Positions 49,211 to 60,388 are shown, numbered from the stretch's first letter. The stretch: DNA of 64,000 nucleotides from an uncultured archaeon (GCA_964632315.1 CAZWEM010000018.1:1-64000), one strand, 5' to 3'. Translations and numbers: made by a program. Notes: generated by a model not told the origin, from the letters alone.

Positions 49211-50071
49211 TTAAATATTCAATATTTTACTAGCATTTTTACCCATTATCTTGCTTATTTCATCTGGAGATAAGAAATCAACAACTTCAAAATAATTCAC
49301 CGCAATCTCTATCATTTCAGGGACAAATCCATCAGATCCAAATAATATTTTATCCACTCCAATTAATTCTTTTGCATGAAGTAAGAACTCACGTAATCGT
49401 GATGGCATCATGTACGTCAGATTACTAATATCCAAATACACATTAGTATACTGTACAGCCAATGCCAGTGCATTATCAACCCAAGGATATCCCATGTGAG
49501 CAATTATTATTTTCGCTTTAGGAAAGGAGTTAATGAATTCATCTATTAATATTGGATTCGAATAAGAAAGCACATTTTTAGGAGTCCCCGGAGGAGGATA
49601 ACCAGAGTGAAATAATACCGGCAGTTTATATTTACTTGCCACTTCTAAAGTTGGAAGAAGGATCTCATCATTTAATTTCTTCTTTCTAAAAGATAGCATC
49701 ACTTTAAACCCTTTATAAGGACGTTTTTTTATTATCGGTTCAATTAGTGAACCTAATTCTTCCTCTTTATTGAATTTTTCAGGAGGGTTATAAAAAGGAA
49801 TAAATATTTGTGGCTCTTTAAGAAACCATTGTTTTACTATTTCATTTTCCTTATTACTAACTGGGAGTAATACGACTTTATCAATTCTGGCTTTTGTTAC
49901 ATGGTATCGCGTCTTTTCAAATATATCTTGAGTCTTTATTCTTTTAATTCCTTCAATTTTAGTTAGTATTCTTTCATAAAACCCATATCCCTCGAATTTC
50001 TTGTAAATTTGTTTAAATGCTTCAAGATTAATCATTTCATCAAAAATGTGGCAATGAAAATCAACTCTCAC
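49211..50071 (-). CDS. Amidohydrolase family protein
   Basis: DFHCH, LFHSG, IAHMGYP, YLDIS, LFGSD. Confidence 0.85.
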   Translation of the reverse strand: MRVDFHCHIFDEMINLEAFKQIYKKFEGYGFYERILTKIEGIKRIKTQDIFEKTRYHVTKARIDKVVLLPVSNKENEIVKQWFLKEPQIFIPFYNPPEKFNKEEELGSLIEPIIKKRPYKGFKVMLSFRKKKLNDEILLPTLEVASKYKLPVLFHSGYPPPGTPKNVLSYSNPILIDEFINSFPKAKIIIAHMGYPWVDNALALAVQYTNVYLDISNLTYMMPSRLREFLLHAKELIGVDKILFGSDGFVPEMIEIAVNYFEVVDFLSPDEISKIMGKNASKILNI

Positions 50072-50101
50072 GTTACTTTACACATCCCATTTTAAATTAT
50101 A

Positions 50102-51097
50102 TCATATTTCATTAAGCTGTAAGCCTTTGTTTACAAATTCATAATCAATATGAGAGCCTGGTTGTCGATTTAAATATTCAATTATGGCTTTTTTATCTAT
50201 GTTTTTTATCAGCCATATCATGCATCCGCCTCCTCCAGCTCCACAAACTCGTCCTCCTATTGCTCCCCTTTTGATCATTCCTTTATTTAAATTATTCATA
50301 AATTCAGTCATTAATCGAGGATTGAATTTGCTTTTTACCTCTAAATCCTTCTGTAATAATGATCCAAATGACTCTAGATCCTCGGAAATAATCGTATCTC
50401 TTATATTGTAAGCTATCTCTTTTAAGTTATCTAAATAGCTCTTGGATTTTTTTTTATTTTTCTCATATAATTCGATTTGATCTTTAACTAAGTCACCACT
50501 CACGTGTTCTTGCCCAGTATAATATAATATTAACCTATTCTCTAACTCTGATTTAAAGCTAACCGGAATTTTTAATTTTTCAATCTTTACCTTAGAATTT
50601 CCTTGAAATTCCAAACAATTAAAACCACCATGAACTGCTGCATATTGGTCTTGACGCCCTCCAGCATTCTTTAAAACCTTATCTTCTACCTGAAATGCCA
50701 TTTCTGCTATTTTGTTTTCATCAATTTCATTTCCTTGCAATCTTGATATTCCACCGATTAAAGCACATCCTAAACTGGCGGAAGCTCCTAAGCCTGCTCT
50801 TTTTGGAGGATCAGAATGGAATGATATATCAATGCCTTCTTTAATTGATAAATAATATAATATTGCTTTAATCAAATCTGATTTCACTGATATATCAAGA
50901 TTTGCCTCCAATTTATAAAGTAATACATCGTCTTTATACACTTTAATGATATTCTCAAGGTTAAAATCAAGTTTAATCGTGAAATATTTATTAATTGTCG
51001 CATTTACCACGAACCCTCCATTATCCGATGAATAGGGCTCAACGTCTGTACCTCCCCCTCCAAATGCGATCCTTACTGGTGCTTTACTTAATATCAA
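50102..51097 (-). CDS. GHMP sugar kinase (HddA heptose-7-phosphate kinase-like)
   Basis: KAPVRIAFGGGGTD, P..AGLGASA, GGRQDQYAA..GGFN, GAGGGG. Confidence 0.85.
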   Translation of the reverse strand: MILSKAPVRIAFGGGGTDVEPYSSDNGGFVVNATINKYFTIKLDFNLENIIKVYKDDVLLYKLEANLDISVKSDLIKAILYYLSIKEGIDISFHSDPPKRAGLGASASLGCALIGGISRLQGNEIDENKIAEMAFQVEDKVLKNAGGRQDQYAAVHGGFNCLEFQGNSKVKIEKLKIPVSFKSELENRLILYYTGQEHVSGDLVKDQIELYEKNKKKSKSYLDNLKEIAYNIRDTIISEDLESFGSLLQKDLEVKSKFNPRLMTEFMNNLNKGMIKRGAIGGRVCGAGGGGCMIWLIKNIDKKAIIEYLNRQPGSHIDYEFVNKGLQLNEI

Positions 51098-51287
51098 GAT
51101 AATGCAATCTTACTTTTACTTAGAATGTAATGAATCCTCAGATATTAAATAATTAATACGTATACTCGAAATTATAACTTTTTTTTTATTTTTGGAATTA
51201 GTAAAAAAATCTTGGAAAAATCAAAAAATTGATGATCCATTATCAATAATCATATAATTTTTAAAAATCCACATTATAATAAATAAT

Positions 51288-52199
51288 ATGGACGACATTG
51301 ATCTCAAAATAATTCTTCTCTTAATGAATAATTCCAGACTCTCATATCGAGAGATATCTGATTATTTAGAGTTGTCTGTAAACGCAATATACAAGCGAGT
51401 TCAAAACTTAATTGAGTTAAATATCATACAACAATTTACCGCAAGGCTTAAACCTTATGCAGTTGGTGCTACGTATGTTTTTATTTTTGGACAAAGTCTT
51501 TCTCAAGATCTAGATACAATAACGTCTAATTTAGGAGAACACGATAATACATGGCAAATAATCTTTTCCAGTAGAAATTATCTGTATATTGGAGCGATCC
51601 TTGAGAATATCCATCAATTAGACAGCTATTCCTCTTTTGTATCTAAAATGGCAGAGATTCAATCACCTAAAATTGGATTGCTTTCGGGGGTACAGTATAA
51701 TAGTTCAATACCATATATCGTCCCAAAATCAAAAAATTTGAGCTATGACAGATTAGATTTAGAAATCATTCGAGCTTTGCATAAAGATTCACGAAAATCA
51801 ATATCTGAAATTGCTGATGATGTTAATAGCACTTCAAATACAGTACGTCGTCGTTTAACGAGATTAGTTGAAGAAGGAATTATTGACTTAACTATTAATT
51901 TTAATCCTGAAGAAGCAAGTGATGTTTTTGCCTTATTTCAAATCGAGATCAATACATCCGTTGATAAAATCGAATTTGCGAGTTATTTACACAAAAAGTA
52001 TAACCCAAACTTATTTTACTGCTGGACATTCAGCAATTTACCAAATCTCATCATATGTTGGGTTTGGTCGAATTCGATGAAAGAACTCACTCAACTGGTT
52101 GATGATATAAAAAAAGAAAATATTGAGTCAATTTTGTTTGATATAATGTCGAAAGTAATTTATTTTGACACATGGAAGGAAAAACTCTTGTATAGATGA
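51288..52199 (+). CDS. Tandem Lrp/AsnC-family transcription regulator
   Basis: Two HTH modules: DDIDLKII...SRLSYREI...KRVQNL and DRLDLEII...SRKSISEIA...RRRLTRL. Confidence 0.85.
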   Translation: MDDIDLKIILLLMNNSRLSYREISDYLELSVNAIYKRVQNLIELNIIQQFTARLKPYAVGATYVFIFGQSLSQDLDTITSNLGEHDNTWQIIFSSRNYLYIGAILENIHQLDSYSSFVSKMAEIQSPKIGLLSGVQYNSSIPYIVPKSKNLSYDRLDLEIIRALHKDSRKSISEIADDVNSTSNTVRRRLTRLVEEGIIDLTINFNPEEASDVFALFQIEINTSVDKIEFASYLHKKYNPNLFYCWTFSNLPNLIICWVWSNSMKELTQLVDDIKKENIESILFDIMSKVIYFDTWKEKLLYR

Positions 52200-52241
52200 G
52201 TAATAAAGATAAATTAATTTGTTATTTCAGTTTAGAATAAG

Positions 52242-52573
52242 TTATATCACGCAAAGACTAATCCAAATTGCTACTCGTATAAAGTGCACGCTATAAGACG
52301 ACATTCCTGAATAAAGAATCATTTTGGACATTCTTATCTCTTCAATTTTTAACCCTTGTTTTCTTGAATAAAAGATCTTAAATGATCCCCAATAGACTGC
52401 AGCAAAAGATATCGCAATTTCAGATAAAAGAAGGATCCCTGATATGATGGGATTGATCATTCCAAAATGGTCTCCTCCCGTAATCGCCATTTGAATTGCA
52501 CGAATGAAGAAAAACAATGGGCCCCTACGATTAGTATCCACTTTAATGTAATTATGGAAGCTTTGTTATTCAT
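52242..52573 (-). pseudogene. Small membrane protein split by a 1-nt frameshift (or sequencing error)
   Basis: ATG at 52573 overlaps the flavodoxin stop (ATGA) and reads MNNKASIITLKWILIVG; adding one G in the G4 run (52522-52525) joins it to the 99-aa ORF (GPLFFFIRAIQ...). Confidence 0.6.
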
Positions 52574-53058
52574 TCACGACGCTCCTTGTAAATTTTTAAT
52601 GAATTATGATCAAATCTATCAGAAATGCAAATTCCTAATTGTTCCATTGTTTTCAAGGTGGATTCGACTAATGGACCTTCTCTTTTCATCACCTTCCCGG
52701 AAATATCTATATCGATAACTTTCAAATTCATTTTTTTAAGTGATTTAACTATTTTCTTTGCTGCTGAACCTGCTATTGGAGAATCGGCTTTAGTATCAAA
52801 AGCGAAACTTATTTTATTATTTAATCCAATATTGCATAAATTGGATAAAAATAATTTGATGTTTTTTGATACTCCACGAAAGTGAGTAGGACTTCCAATT
52901 CCGATAACATCATAATCTATTAGTTCGTTTGGACTACAATCTGAGACGAATTTACTGTCAACATAAATACCACCTGCTTCCAATCCTCGACTTAGTGCCA
53001 TTGCAACCTTTTTCGTATTTCCAAAAAGAGAATCATATATGATTATCGCTTTTTTCAT
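52570..53058 (-). CDS. Flavodoxin family protein
   Basis: IYDSLFGNTKKVA, IGIGSPTH, FAFDT. Confidence 0.88.
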   Translation of the reverse strand: MKKAIIIYDSLFGNTKKVAMALSRGLEAGGIYVDSKFVSDCSPNELIDYDVIGIGSPTHFRGVSKNIKLFLSNLCNIGLNNKISFAFDTKADSPIAGSAAKKIVKSLKKMNLKVIDIDISGKVMKREGPLVESTLKTMEQLGICISDRFDHNSLKIYKERRE

Positions 53059-53252
53059 ATTAATCCCTCTGATTTCAATTTTTGAACCAATTCATAATTC
53101 TTTCGGTAGAATATCTTGGTAAATAATCCATGCTGCCTTTTACAAAATGATAATCCATCTAAACTTAAATGATACTTCTCACATTCCTCACAATTTCCAT
53201 GTCTCGGGCATGTTAATTTTGGACAAGGACAATCAAACTTAATCTTAATCAC
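53055..53252 (-). CDS. Small Cys-rich metal-binding protein
   Basis: CPCPKLTCPRHGNCEEC..YH......FC; stop overlaps the flavodoxin ATG. Confidence 0.7.
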   Translation of the reverse strand: MIKIKFDCPCPKLTCPRHGNCEECEKYHLSLDGLSFCKRQHGLFTKIFYRKNYELVQKLKSEGLI

Positions 53253-53493
53253 CTCAATTGTGTTTAATTATTAACAGAAAGGTACTAGATATAATTCTAA
53301 GTTCTATTTTCGATTAAAGAATCGAATAAGAATTATTAATTTGATAATGAGTTCTTCAACCAAGCAGTTGAAAAATCTAGCATTTAATTACCTATTTCCT
53401 TACAAAATGGGATTAAATATAGTGGCAGAAGCCCCCCAAAATTGAGTATTTATTTGGATCTAATCTCACATTGAATTATATGAGGTTGGAAAC

Positions 53494-53856
53494 TTGCTAA
53501 TTCTTGAATCATATAAAATTGTGATTATAATGAAAATTGAAAAAAACCAAATTTTGAGTATAATAATGAAAATGATTAAGGGAATAATCATTTTATTATA
53601 TACGATATTCGTGATTGCTCTGCTTTCAGGTGGACTTTCTGCTGGGATCTTAACTCTGATTCCTCATGAAGCGAGCAAAGCAAATTATTTAGGTTATTAT
53701 TCTCTTTGCTCTTTTGTTCCATATAGCACAATGATTTTATTTACAATGGCAATCGTTGGTACCGTACTCTTAGTAAAACTCATGAAATATTACAAAAGAA
53801 CTCTTAAGAGAGTTAAAATCAATTCACCAAAATTAATACCAAATTTAAACTACTAA
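53494..53856 (+). CDS. Small 2-TM membrane protein
   Basis: Two hydrophobic helices flanking ASK.N.LGYYS.CSF.P; true start probably a downstream ATG. Confidence 0.6.
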   Translation: MLILESYKIVIIMKIEKNQILSIIMKMIKGIIILLYTIFVIALLSGGLSAGILTLIPHEASKANYLGYYSLCSFVPYSTMILFTMAIVGTVLLVKLMKYYKRTLKRVKINSPKLIPNLNY

Positions 53857-53916
53857 AATAAATTCAAATTAATTTTCTTTTTTTCTTTAGTCTTTTACCT
53901 TATTTTAATAAAAACA

Positions 53917-54888
53917 TTATTTCTTTATTTTGGATTTTAAGATTTCATATGGAGTGATATTAAATTCGCATTCCTTAATACAGATTGAACACCCGTAATT
54001 TTCTATAAAGTATGGAAAGCATTTATCAACATCAATACAAGTTTTTATATCTCCAGTTTTTATGATTTTATCGTTCAGTATTGCATTGGGCGGGCATGTT
54101 CGAATACATCGACCGCACTTTTGGCACCAAGAATCTATCCACGAATGAGGATTCACTGTGTTAAATGGTAAATTTTCAATGCTAGTAAATACCGCAGCAA
54201 TACGAACCCGAGGTCCGAATTTGGCTGTAATGAGCATCCCGTGTCGACCTTGCCAACCGAGACCTGCGGCTTGCGCGAGGGGCGGAGTAAGTACAGCACC
54301 TCCTAAGGGATGGATTGGATGCGCTCCGTAACCTTCCTTTCGGAGGTACTCTGCCAATTTATTGGTAACGGTTCCCAAATCCCTGTAAGTTTGATGTACT
54401 TCAAGAAATGATTCAACACTCGGAGATGAATCTATCTTAAACTTGTCCATTTCTTTTACCAATACAATGGCATTCTTATATAGAACTCCTTTGTCTTTGA
54501 ATATTAACTGGTTGGGAAGCTTAGTATATCCAACCATCCCAATACCAAGTGATGTACAAAAATCTTCCATTTTTTGGAGAGCATCATGCGCTATAATGGA
54601 TTTCGGAAAAGCTGGATTTTTTTTCAAACCCTTCAGACCTTTAAAGATTCCCCTTATACTCCCAAACACGATTGGCATGGCTTTCCGTTTGAAAAAAGTG
54701 ATTTCTCCTCCATTTTCTATGTATTTAATAGCTTCAAGCGGGATATCAAAACGAACAGGTGAATTTGAATCATATTTAATAATGTTTTCTTGATCTGCAA
54801 TCGCATTCTCTCGCTTTATTATCCTGTTATATTGAGGACGAGCAATTTTCCTCATGAATGTCAATTTAATTTTAAAACCAATCCCCAT
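53917..54888 (-). CDS. Reductive dehalogenase/QueG-like cobalamin and 4Fe-4S dicluster protein
   Basis: LA..AGLGWQGRHGMLIT.KFGPRVR.AAVFT, CQKCGRCIRTCP, C...GCSICIKEC. Confidence 0.75.
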   Translation of the reverse strand: MGIGFKIKLTFMRKIARPQYNRIIKRENAIADQENIIKYDSNSPVRFDIPLEAIKYIENGGEITFFKRKAMPIVFGSIRGIFKGLKGLKKNPAFPKSIIAHDALQKMEDFCTSLGIGMVGYTKLPNQLIFKDKGVLYKNAIVLVKEMDKFKIDSSPSVESFLEVHQTYRDLGTVTNKLAEYLRKEGYGAHPIHPLGGAVLTPPLAQAAGLGWQGRHGMLITAKFGPRVRIAAVFTSIENLPFNTVNPHSWIDSWCQKCGRCIRTCPPNAILNDKIIKTGDIKTCIDVDKCFPYFIENYGCSICIKECEFNITPYEILKSKIKK

Positions 54889-55131
54889 AATATATGTTTA
54901 AATGGTTATTGAAATTTAAAAAGATAATTTTTGAGAAAATTAAGTTATGTGAATATTAAAGGATTAATATAAAAAACTAGAGATACATCATTATTTTCAA
55001 GCCTTATTGAAAGCTTGGAATATCCTATCCGTTCTTTTTTTTATTAAGTTCTCCTAAAAGGGATCTTTATGATTTAGGATGTAAAATTCATTATTTTTCA
55101 TTGAGATCCGATTTTAAATTTACTGGCTATT

Positions 55132-56316
55132 CTAAGAAAAGTGCGGATTATCCTCGTTAATATAATCCAAGTATCTGAAAATGAAGTCTTTTAATTGGTT
55201 ATAATTTGGTGAAATTCCTGTTCTAACAAATATAGCAGTAAGGGCATTCCCGATAAGAATTGATTCCATTGGTGAAAAATTACATGATAATCCAAGAGCC
55301 ACTCCTGTATGAAAATGATCTCCTGCTCCCACTGTGTATTTTGGTTTAGAGGTAAAGCCTTCAGTAATCCAATAGTGTTCATTTTTTGTACTAATCGTTG
55401 CAAAGTGAGGAGAATGGATTACAAAATAAGAGATATTAATTTCCTTGTTGAGATTTAATCCCCCCTCAATATAATCTACAAAACCTGGATTATGCGGATC
55501 GATTATCTTTACGTTATCAAGATTTTTTGAAATTAGAGAAGCTTCTTGATCATTTACACTTAACATTACTGGCATGAAGGTCTCAACTTCTTGTAGAACC
55601 TTAATTAAGTCTTTTATGTCTGAAGATTTTCGTTTTCGAATATCAGCAATATCTACAAAAAATAATTTACTTTCTAAATTATTAAGAGAGGGAAATATAT
55701 CTAAAATAAAATGATGCCAGATTTCATTTAAATTTGGAACTAATGCCCAATGTCCAAAACCCAAAATCTTAGAATTGTCTATAAGTGTTCCTATTTTCTC
55801 AATAGAGATGCTTTGAGTTAATGTTTTCCAATCAATGTCAAGAATGGGAGCAAAATCAGTAATCATTATCTTTCCATCATCAAATTCCAACCCCAATGTT
55901 TCTCCTGGATTGGTAATGGAATATAATTCTTCATTTATTTGTCTTTCATAAAATTGATTTAATTTGGGAACGCCTAGAGCCCCAACCAAATAAGTGTGAG
56001 CACCTAATGTACTCATTGCCCTAGATGTATTAGGAGCAAAACCTCCGAATATTCTTTTCTTTAAAACTCTTTCAATGCTCCCCGAACTGCCTGATATATT
56101 GATTAATAAATCTCCAAATGTTTTCATGGATTCCATTCTTCTCCATTCTTTTGAATCAATTCTATGTTCGACTAAAGAATAGAGTGAATCTATATAACCA
56201 TCAAATCCTAAAAAAGCAGTTATTTTTTCTATATCAGATTTGAAGTTCGAAAGGTTTTCTGTTATTTTATTATAAGTTTCAAGGGTAACATCATATTGAT
56301 TTAGCTTGTGATACAT
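55132..56316 (-). CDS. PfkB-family carbohydrate kinase-like protein
   Basis: GFDGYID, FGGFAPN, LSVNDQEA, TVGAGDHF.TG anion-hole motif. Confidence 0.75.
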   Translation of the reverse strand: MYHKLNQYDVTLETYNKITENLSNFKSDIEKITAFLGFDGYIDSLYSLVEHRIDSKEWRRMESMKTFGDLLINISGSSGSIERVLKKRIFGGFAPNTSRAMSTLGAHTYLVGALGVPKLNQFYERQINEELYSITNPGETLGLEFDDGKIMITDFAPILDIDWKTLTQSISIEKIGTLIDNSKILGFGHWALVPNLNEIWHHFILDIFPSLNNLESKLFFVDIADIRKRKSSDIKDLIKVLQEVETFMPVMLSVNDQEASLISKNLDNVKIIDPHNPGFVDYIEGGLNLNKEINISYFVIHSPHFATISTKNEHYWITEGFTSKPKYTVGAGDHFHTGVALGLSCNFSPMESILIGNALTAIFVRTGISPNYNQLKDFIFRYLDYINEDNPHFS

Positions 56317-56566
56317 AAAAATAAGTAAGAAAACTCATTAAAAAACTGATCTATAGACTTTAGGGTTTTAAAAGTTTTTTGAAGAATTAAAGGCATTGAA
56401 TAGACCTCCCTCTAATAATGATCTATGACTTTAAAGTTCTTTCAATTAAATAAAAAAATTTAAATCAATTTAAATTCTTTAAATCAATGCTAAGATTTAT
56501 AAATAAATTAAAATATATTCAAACATCTAAATTATAAAACATTAAAATATTTAGGTTTAGATTAAG

Positions 56567-57949
56567 ATGAGTACAGAAAGGCATTCTACGGGCAAAATGA
56601 CATTATTCACAATGGTTTTTTTTGGGACCACTATCGTAACAAACGTTATGACGGCGAGATTTACAGCTTTTTATGAAACAGAAGTATTATTACCAATAAA
56701 TATGATGGTTCTGGCCATAATGTTTTATACTATATGGGATATGATTAATGATCCAATTGCGGGACATCTTACTGACAGAAAATATCGTTTAACTCGGAGA
56801 TGGGGCAAAAGATTTCCCTGGCTAATGTCTGCTTCTTTACCAGTTTTGTTTATTTTGATATTTTTTTTTATGCCCCCAAATCCAGCAGGGAGTGGAGTTT
56901 GGCTTACATTTGTATGGTTTTTAGCATTTTTAATGTTATTTGATGGATGCATGTCTATTATTGGTGTTTCTTATTTTGCATCACTTATCAATAAATTTCG
57001 TTCTGATCAAGAAAGATTAAAAGTCGCTTCATTTCAGCAAATTTTTTCAACCTTAGGATTATTAATTGCATTTATTATTCCCCCCTTAGTCGTGCATTAC
57101 GGAGATAAATCGTCATATGTGACACTAGCGTTAATATGTGGGGTAATTTTCTTAATTACAATTATAGTAAGTATCCCTGGTCAGAGAGAAACGAAAGAAG
57201 AAATTGATAAATATTATGCACTCGATACAGAACAAGAACCTTTTCTTAAAAGCTTTATTGGAATGCTAAAAGTCAGTTTAAAACAAAAAAATTTTCGAGC
57301 TCTTATAATAATAACAATATCTCTTGCGACCTTCAATTTACTATTCATTGCTTCTATACCTTATTATGTTCGATATGTCCTCCAAGCTACTGCTACTACC
57401 GAATTATTACTTTATCTTCCTTATCTATTAGCAGCATTTATTCCAATTCCATTATATTTTTGGATGTCTAAAAGATTTGGTCATTTGAAATTGTATATTA
57501 TTTCATTATTGCTTAGAGCGATCGTTCTATTCCTCATGGTTATTTTCTACACTAATCTACTCGTAATACTCATCCTAGTGGCAATTATGGGGATTTCTGT
57601 AGGAATTAGCAATATTACTGGTACACCTGTAGGAGGAGATTTTTATGATGAAGCAGCAGTAATAAATAAGAAGCGTTATGAAGGCATATATTTCGGGATT
57701 CAATCGTTCTTTAGTCGAACAGTGTACATTTTCCAGTTACTTATCTTTTGGATAATTCATACCTTAACTGGATTCAATGCAGAAGTTACCGCTCAAACAG
57801 AATTAGCTCAATTTGGTATCATTATCCACATGATGATTATACCTGCAATTGTCACTCTCCTTGGAGTACTATTCTTCTGGAAAATATGGGATTTACAACC
57901 AGATAAGGTTTTAACCATTAAAGATCAAATTAAAGAGCTTAAAATTTAA
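56567..57949 (+). CDS. MFS transporter, GPH (glycoside-pentoside-hexuronide) family
   Basis: IWDMINDP..G..TD.....WGKRFPW, R.EG.YFG, ~12 TM. Confidence 0.88.
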   Translation: MSTERHSTGKMTLFTMVFFGTTIVTNVMTARFTAFYETEVLLPINMMVLAIMFYTIWDMINDPIAGHLTDRKYRLTRRWGKRFPWLMSASLPVLFILIFFFMPPNPAGSGVWLTFVWFLAFLMLFDGCMSIIGVSYFASLINKFRSDQERLKVASFQQIFSTLGLLIAFIIPPLVVHYGDKSSYVTLALICGVIFLITIIVSIPGQRETKEEIDKYYALDTEQEPFLKSFIGMLKVSLKQKNFRALIIITISLATFNLLFIASIPYYVRYVLQATATTELLLYLPYLLAAFIPIPLYFWMSKRFGHLKLYIISLLLRAIVLFLMVIFYTNLLVILILVAIMGISVGISNITGTPVGGDFYDEAAVINKKRYEGIYFGIQSFFSRTVYIFQLLIFWIIHTLTGFNAEVTAQTELAQFGIIIHMMIIPAIVTLLGVLFFWKIWDLQPDKVLTIKDQIKELKI

Positions 57950-58067
57950 TTTTTTTTATTTTATAATTATGAAAGAATGTTACTAAAATATTATCAAGAA
58001 TGAATTTCTAAGATTAATTTCTGTAATATATCATTAAAAGTAATTACCTATTAAGGTTGTATAAAAT

Positions 58068-58445
58068 ATGGGGAATCTTATGGAATCAATATTTTCTATT
58101 TTGCGGACAAAATTAAAGGAATATATTAAAATAGAATTTGATGATAGAAATAGAACAGTTTATCTTTGGGTAAAATCTAAGCAGTATTCTGAGGATATAA
58201 TTGGCACATCCGACGAAGTAAAGGTAATGCTTATCATATTTGGTGGGTTAAGGGAGACAACCTCTGTTAATATTGAAGTTAATAATGATTCAAAAATCAT
58301 AAAAATCATTACAGAAATCGAAGAAGAATATACTAATCTGAAATCAATAATGAGTCATATTTGGGATGATACCATAGATCTCTTAGAACAAGTGAATGTT
58401 GGAGATTTATCTAAATTCCAGACCATAAAATATGAAGATAATTAA
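58068..58445 (+). CDS. Hypothetical protein
   Basis: 125-aa ORF; no family recognised. Confidence 0.55.
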   Translation: MGNLMESIFSILRTKLKEYIKIEFDDRNRTVYLWVKSKQYSEDIIGTSDEVKVMLIIFGGLRETTSVNIEVNNDSKIIKIITEIEEEYTNLKSIMSHIWDDTIDLLEQVNVGDLSKFQTIKYEDN

Positions 58446-58507
58446 TTTGATATATTTTAATCATTTTTAAAATTAAGATCTTAATAATTTGGTGAGAATT
58501 TGAATAA

Positions 58508-60346
58508 ATGAATGAAAAATCCGATGATGAAATAAACCCATTTTTAGAACTTTCTAAGGAGTCCATTAAAATGATCAATGATTCCTATGAACGGATCATT
58601 TTTGATGAATATATCACAATGCGAGATGGAGTTAAAATAGCTGTTACTGTATCCCTGCCAAAACTGGGTGAACAACAAATAAAAATGCCAACTTTTTTAT
58701 CTCAAACAAGATATTGGCGAGCTATGAACTTACGGCTACCTTTTAGATGGCTGATTAATGAAATGCCGTTAGCAACAGTTGTCAATGAGATTTATAATTC
58801 TTATGGATATGCTACTGTCTCAGTTGATGTTCGAGGGACAGGTGCATCTTTTGGAACGAGAAACTTTCCTTTTACAAGAGAAGAAGTACAAGACGGTAAT
58901 GAATTGCTAAATTGGATAATCAGCCAACCATGGTCAAACGGGATGGTATGCTCCAGTGGAGGATCATATTTAGGAACTGCTGCCGAATATTTAACAACCC
59001 ATAACAATCCAGCATTAAAATCAATAGTGCTTGGGCATTGTTCTTGGGATGCCTTTTTAGATGGGGCTGCTCCTGGAGGATGTTTTAATTATACATTTAT
59101 GCAAATGTGGTCTCTTTCTGGAAAATTACAGGATCAAAATAATCCTAAAATGTTTAAACAAAACTTACCATTGTTTTGGTTGCTGATAGACGGAGTTAAA
59201 CCGGTTAATTCCAAATCAGATCCCAATTTATTACAAGAAGCAATTAAAGAGCATCTCAACAATCAATATGTTTATGAATTAACTAAAGATCTTAACTTTC
59301 GTGACGATAAACTTCCTGACGGTAATCCAGTAGATTATATTAGTACATTTTATCATAAACAAGAAATAGAAGAATCAAAAGTACCAATTCTATCCTGGTC
59401 TTCTTGGTTAGATTCAGGTTATGGAGATGTAGTTATACATCGATTTTTAAATTTGGATAATCCTCAGATTGGAATACTAGGCGATTGGAATCATGGTGCT
59501 ACTATTCCTTCAAATCAATTCTTCCCAAATAGGAAAGAAGTCAATCCAGCTTTAGAAGAATTACTCAAAACTTGGCTTCATTTTTTCCACCAGTGTATTA
59601 ACAATAAACAACCGAATAAAAAAGTACTATATTATTATACAATGGTAGAAGAGAAATGGAAAAAAACGGAAATATGGCCTCCAGAGGGTCATACATATTC
59701 TAGATGGTTTTTTACTGATAATAACACATTAGAACAAGTCCCTCCACAAACTCCTAACGGATCTGATACCTATAAAGTCGATTTTTTCGCAAGTACTGGA
59801 AAAAACAATAGATGGTGGACATTAATGGGATTTAAAGTATTGTATGGGGATAGAGCAGTAAAAGATAAGAAATTATTAACTTATACTAGCGAGCCATTTA
59901 AACAAGATGTTGAAATTACGGGTAATCCCATAATTTCCATTAATTTAAGCACTACTCATCAAGATGGGGTAATTTATGCGTATTTAGAAGATATCAACCC
60001 CGAAGGAATAGTAACTTATATTACAGATGGCCACATGCGATTTATACATAGAAAAATCTCTCATGAACCTCCCTTATACAAAACTATGGTTCCCTATCAT
60101 TCTTATAAAAGAAAGGATGCTCTCCCTGTTATTCCACATAAAATTATGGAAATTAAAATGGGATTATTTGGGACCTCCGTTGTAATAAAAAAGGGTCATA
60201 GAATTCGGATTGCGCTTGCAGGTCACGATCGGGAGACCTTCACAAAATATCCGAGTTCTGGGAAACCCGTTATAACAGTATATAGAAATAGTACAAATTC
60301 TTCTTATATAGATATACCAATTATTAAAAAGAAATCACATAAGTAA
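58508..60346 (+). CDS. CocE/NonD family serine hydrolase
   Basis: MRDGVKIA, DVRGTGASFG, QPWSNG, GGSYLG nucleophile elbow, GDWNH, C-terminal jelly roll (KKGHRIRIA). Confidence 0.9.
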   Translation: MNEKSDDEINPFLELSKESIKMINDSYERIIFDEYITMRDGVKIAVTVSLPKLGEQQIKMPTFLSQTRYWRAMNLRLPFRWLINEMPLATVVNEIYNSYGYATVSVDVRGTGASFGTRNFPFTREEVQDGNELLNWIISQPWSNGMVCSSGGSYLGTAAEYLTTHNNPALKSIVLGHCSWDAFLDGAAPGGCFNYTFMQMWSLSGKLQDQNNPKMFKQNLPLFWLLIDGVKPVNSKSDPNLLQEAIKEHLNNQYVYELTKDLNFRDDKLPDGNPVDYISTFYHKQEIEESKVPILSWSSWLDSGYGDVVIHRFLNLDNPQIGILGDWNHGATIPSNQFFPNRKEVNPALEELLKTWLHFFHQCINNKQPNKKVLYYYTMVEEKWKKTEIWPPEGHTYSRWFFTDNNTLEQVPPQTPNGSDTYKVDFFASTGKNNRWWTLMGFKVLYGDRAVKDKKLLTYTSEPFKQDVEITGNPIISINLSTTHQDGVIYAYLEDINPEGIVTYITDGHMRFIHRKISHEPPLYKTMVPYHSYKRKDALPVIPHKIMEIKMGLFGTSVVIKKGHRIRIALAGHDRETFTKYPSSGKPVITVYRNSTNSSYIDIPIIKKKSHK

Positions 60347-60388
60347 TAAACAAAATTAAATCATTCTTAGGATTATAAGTTTAAAACT

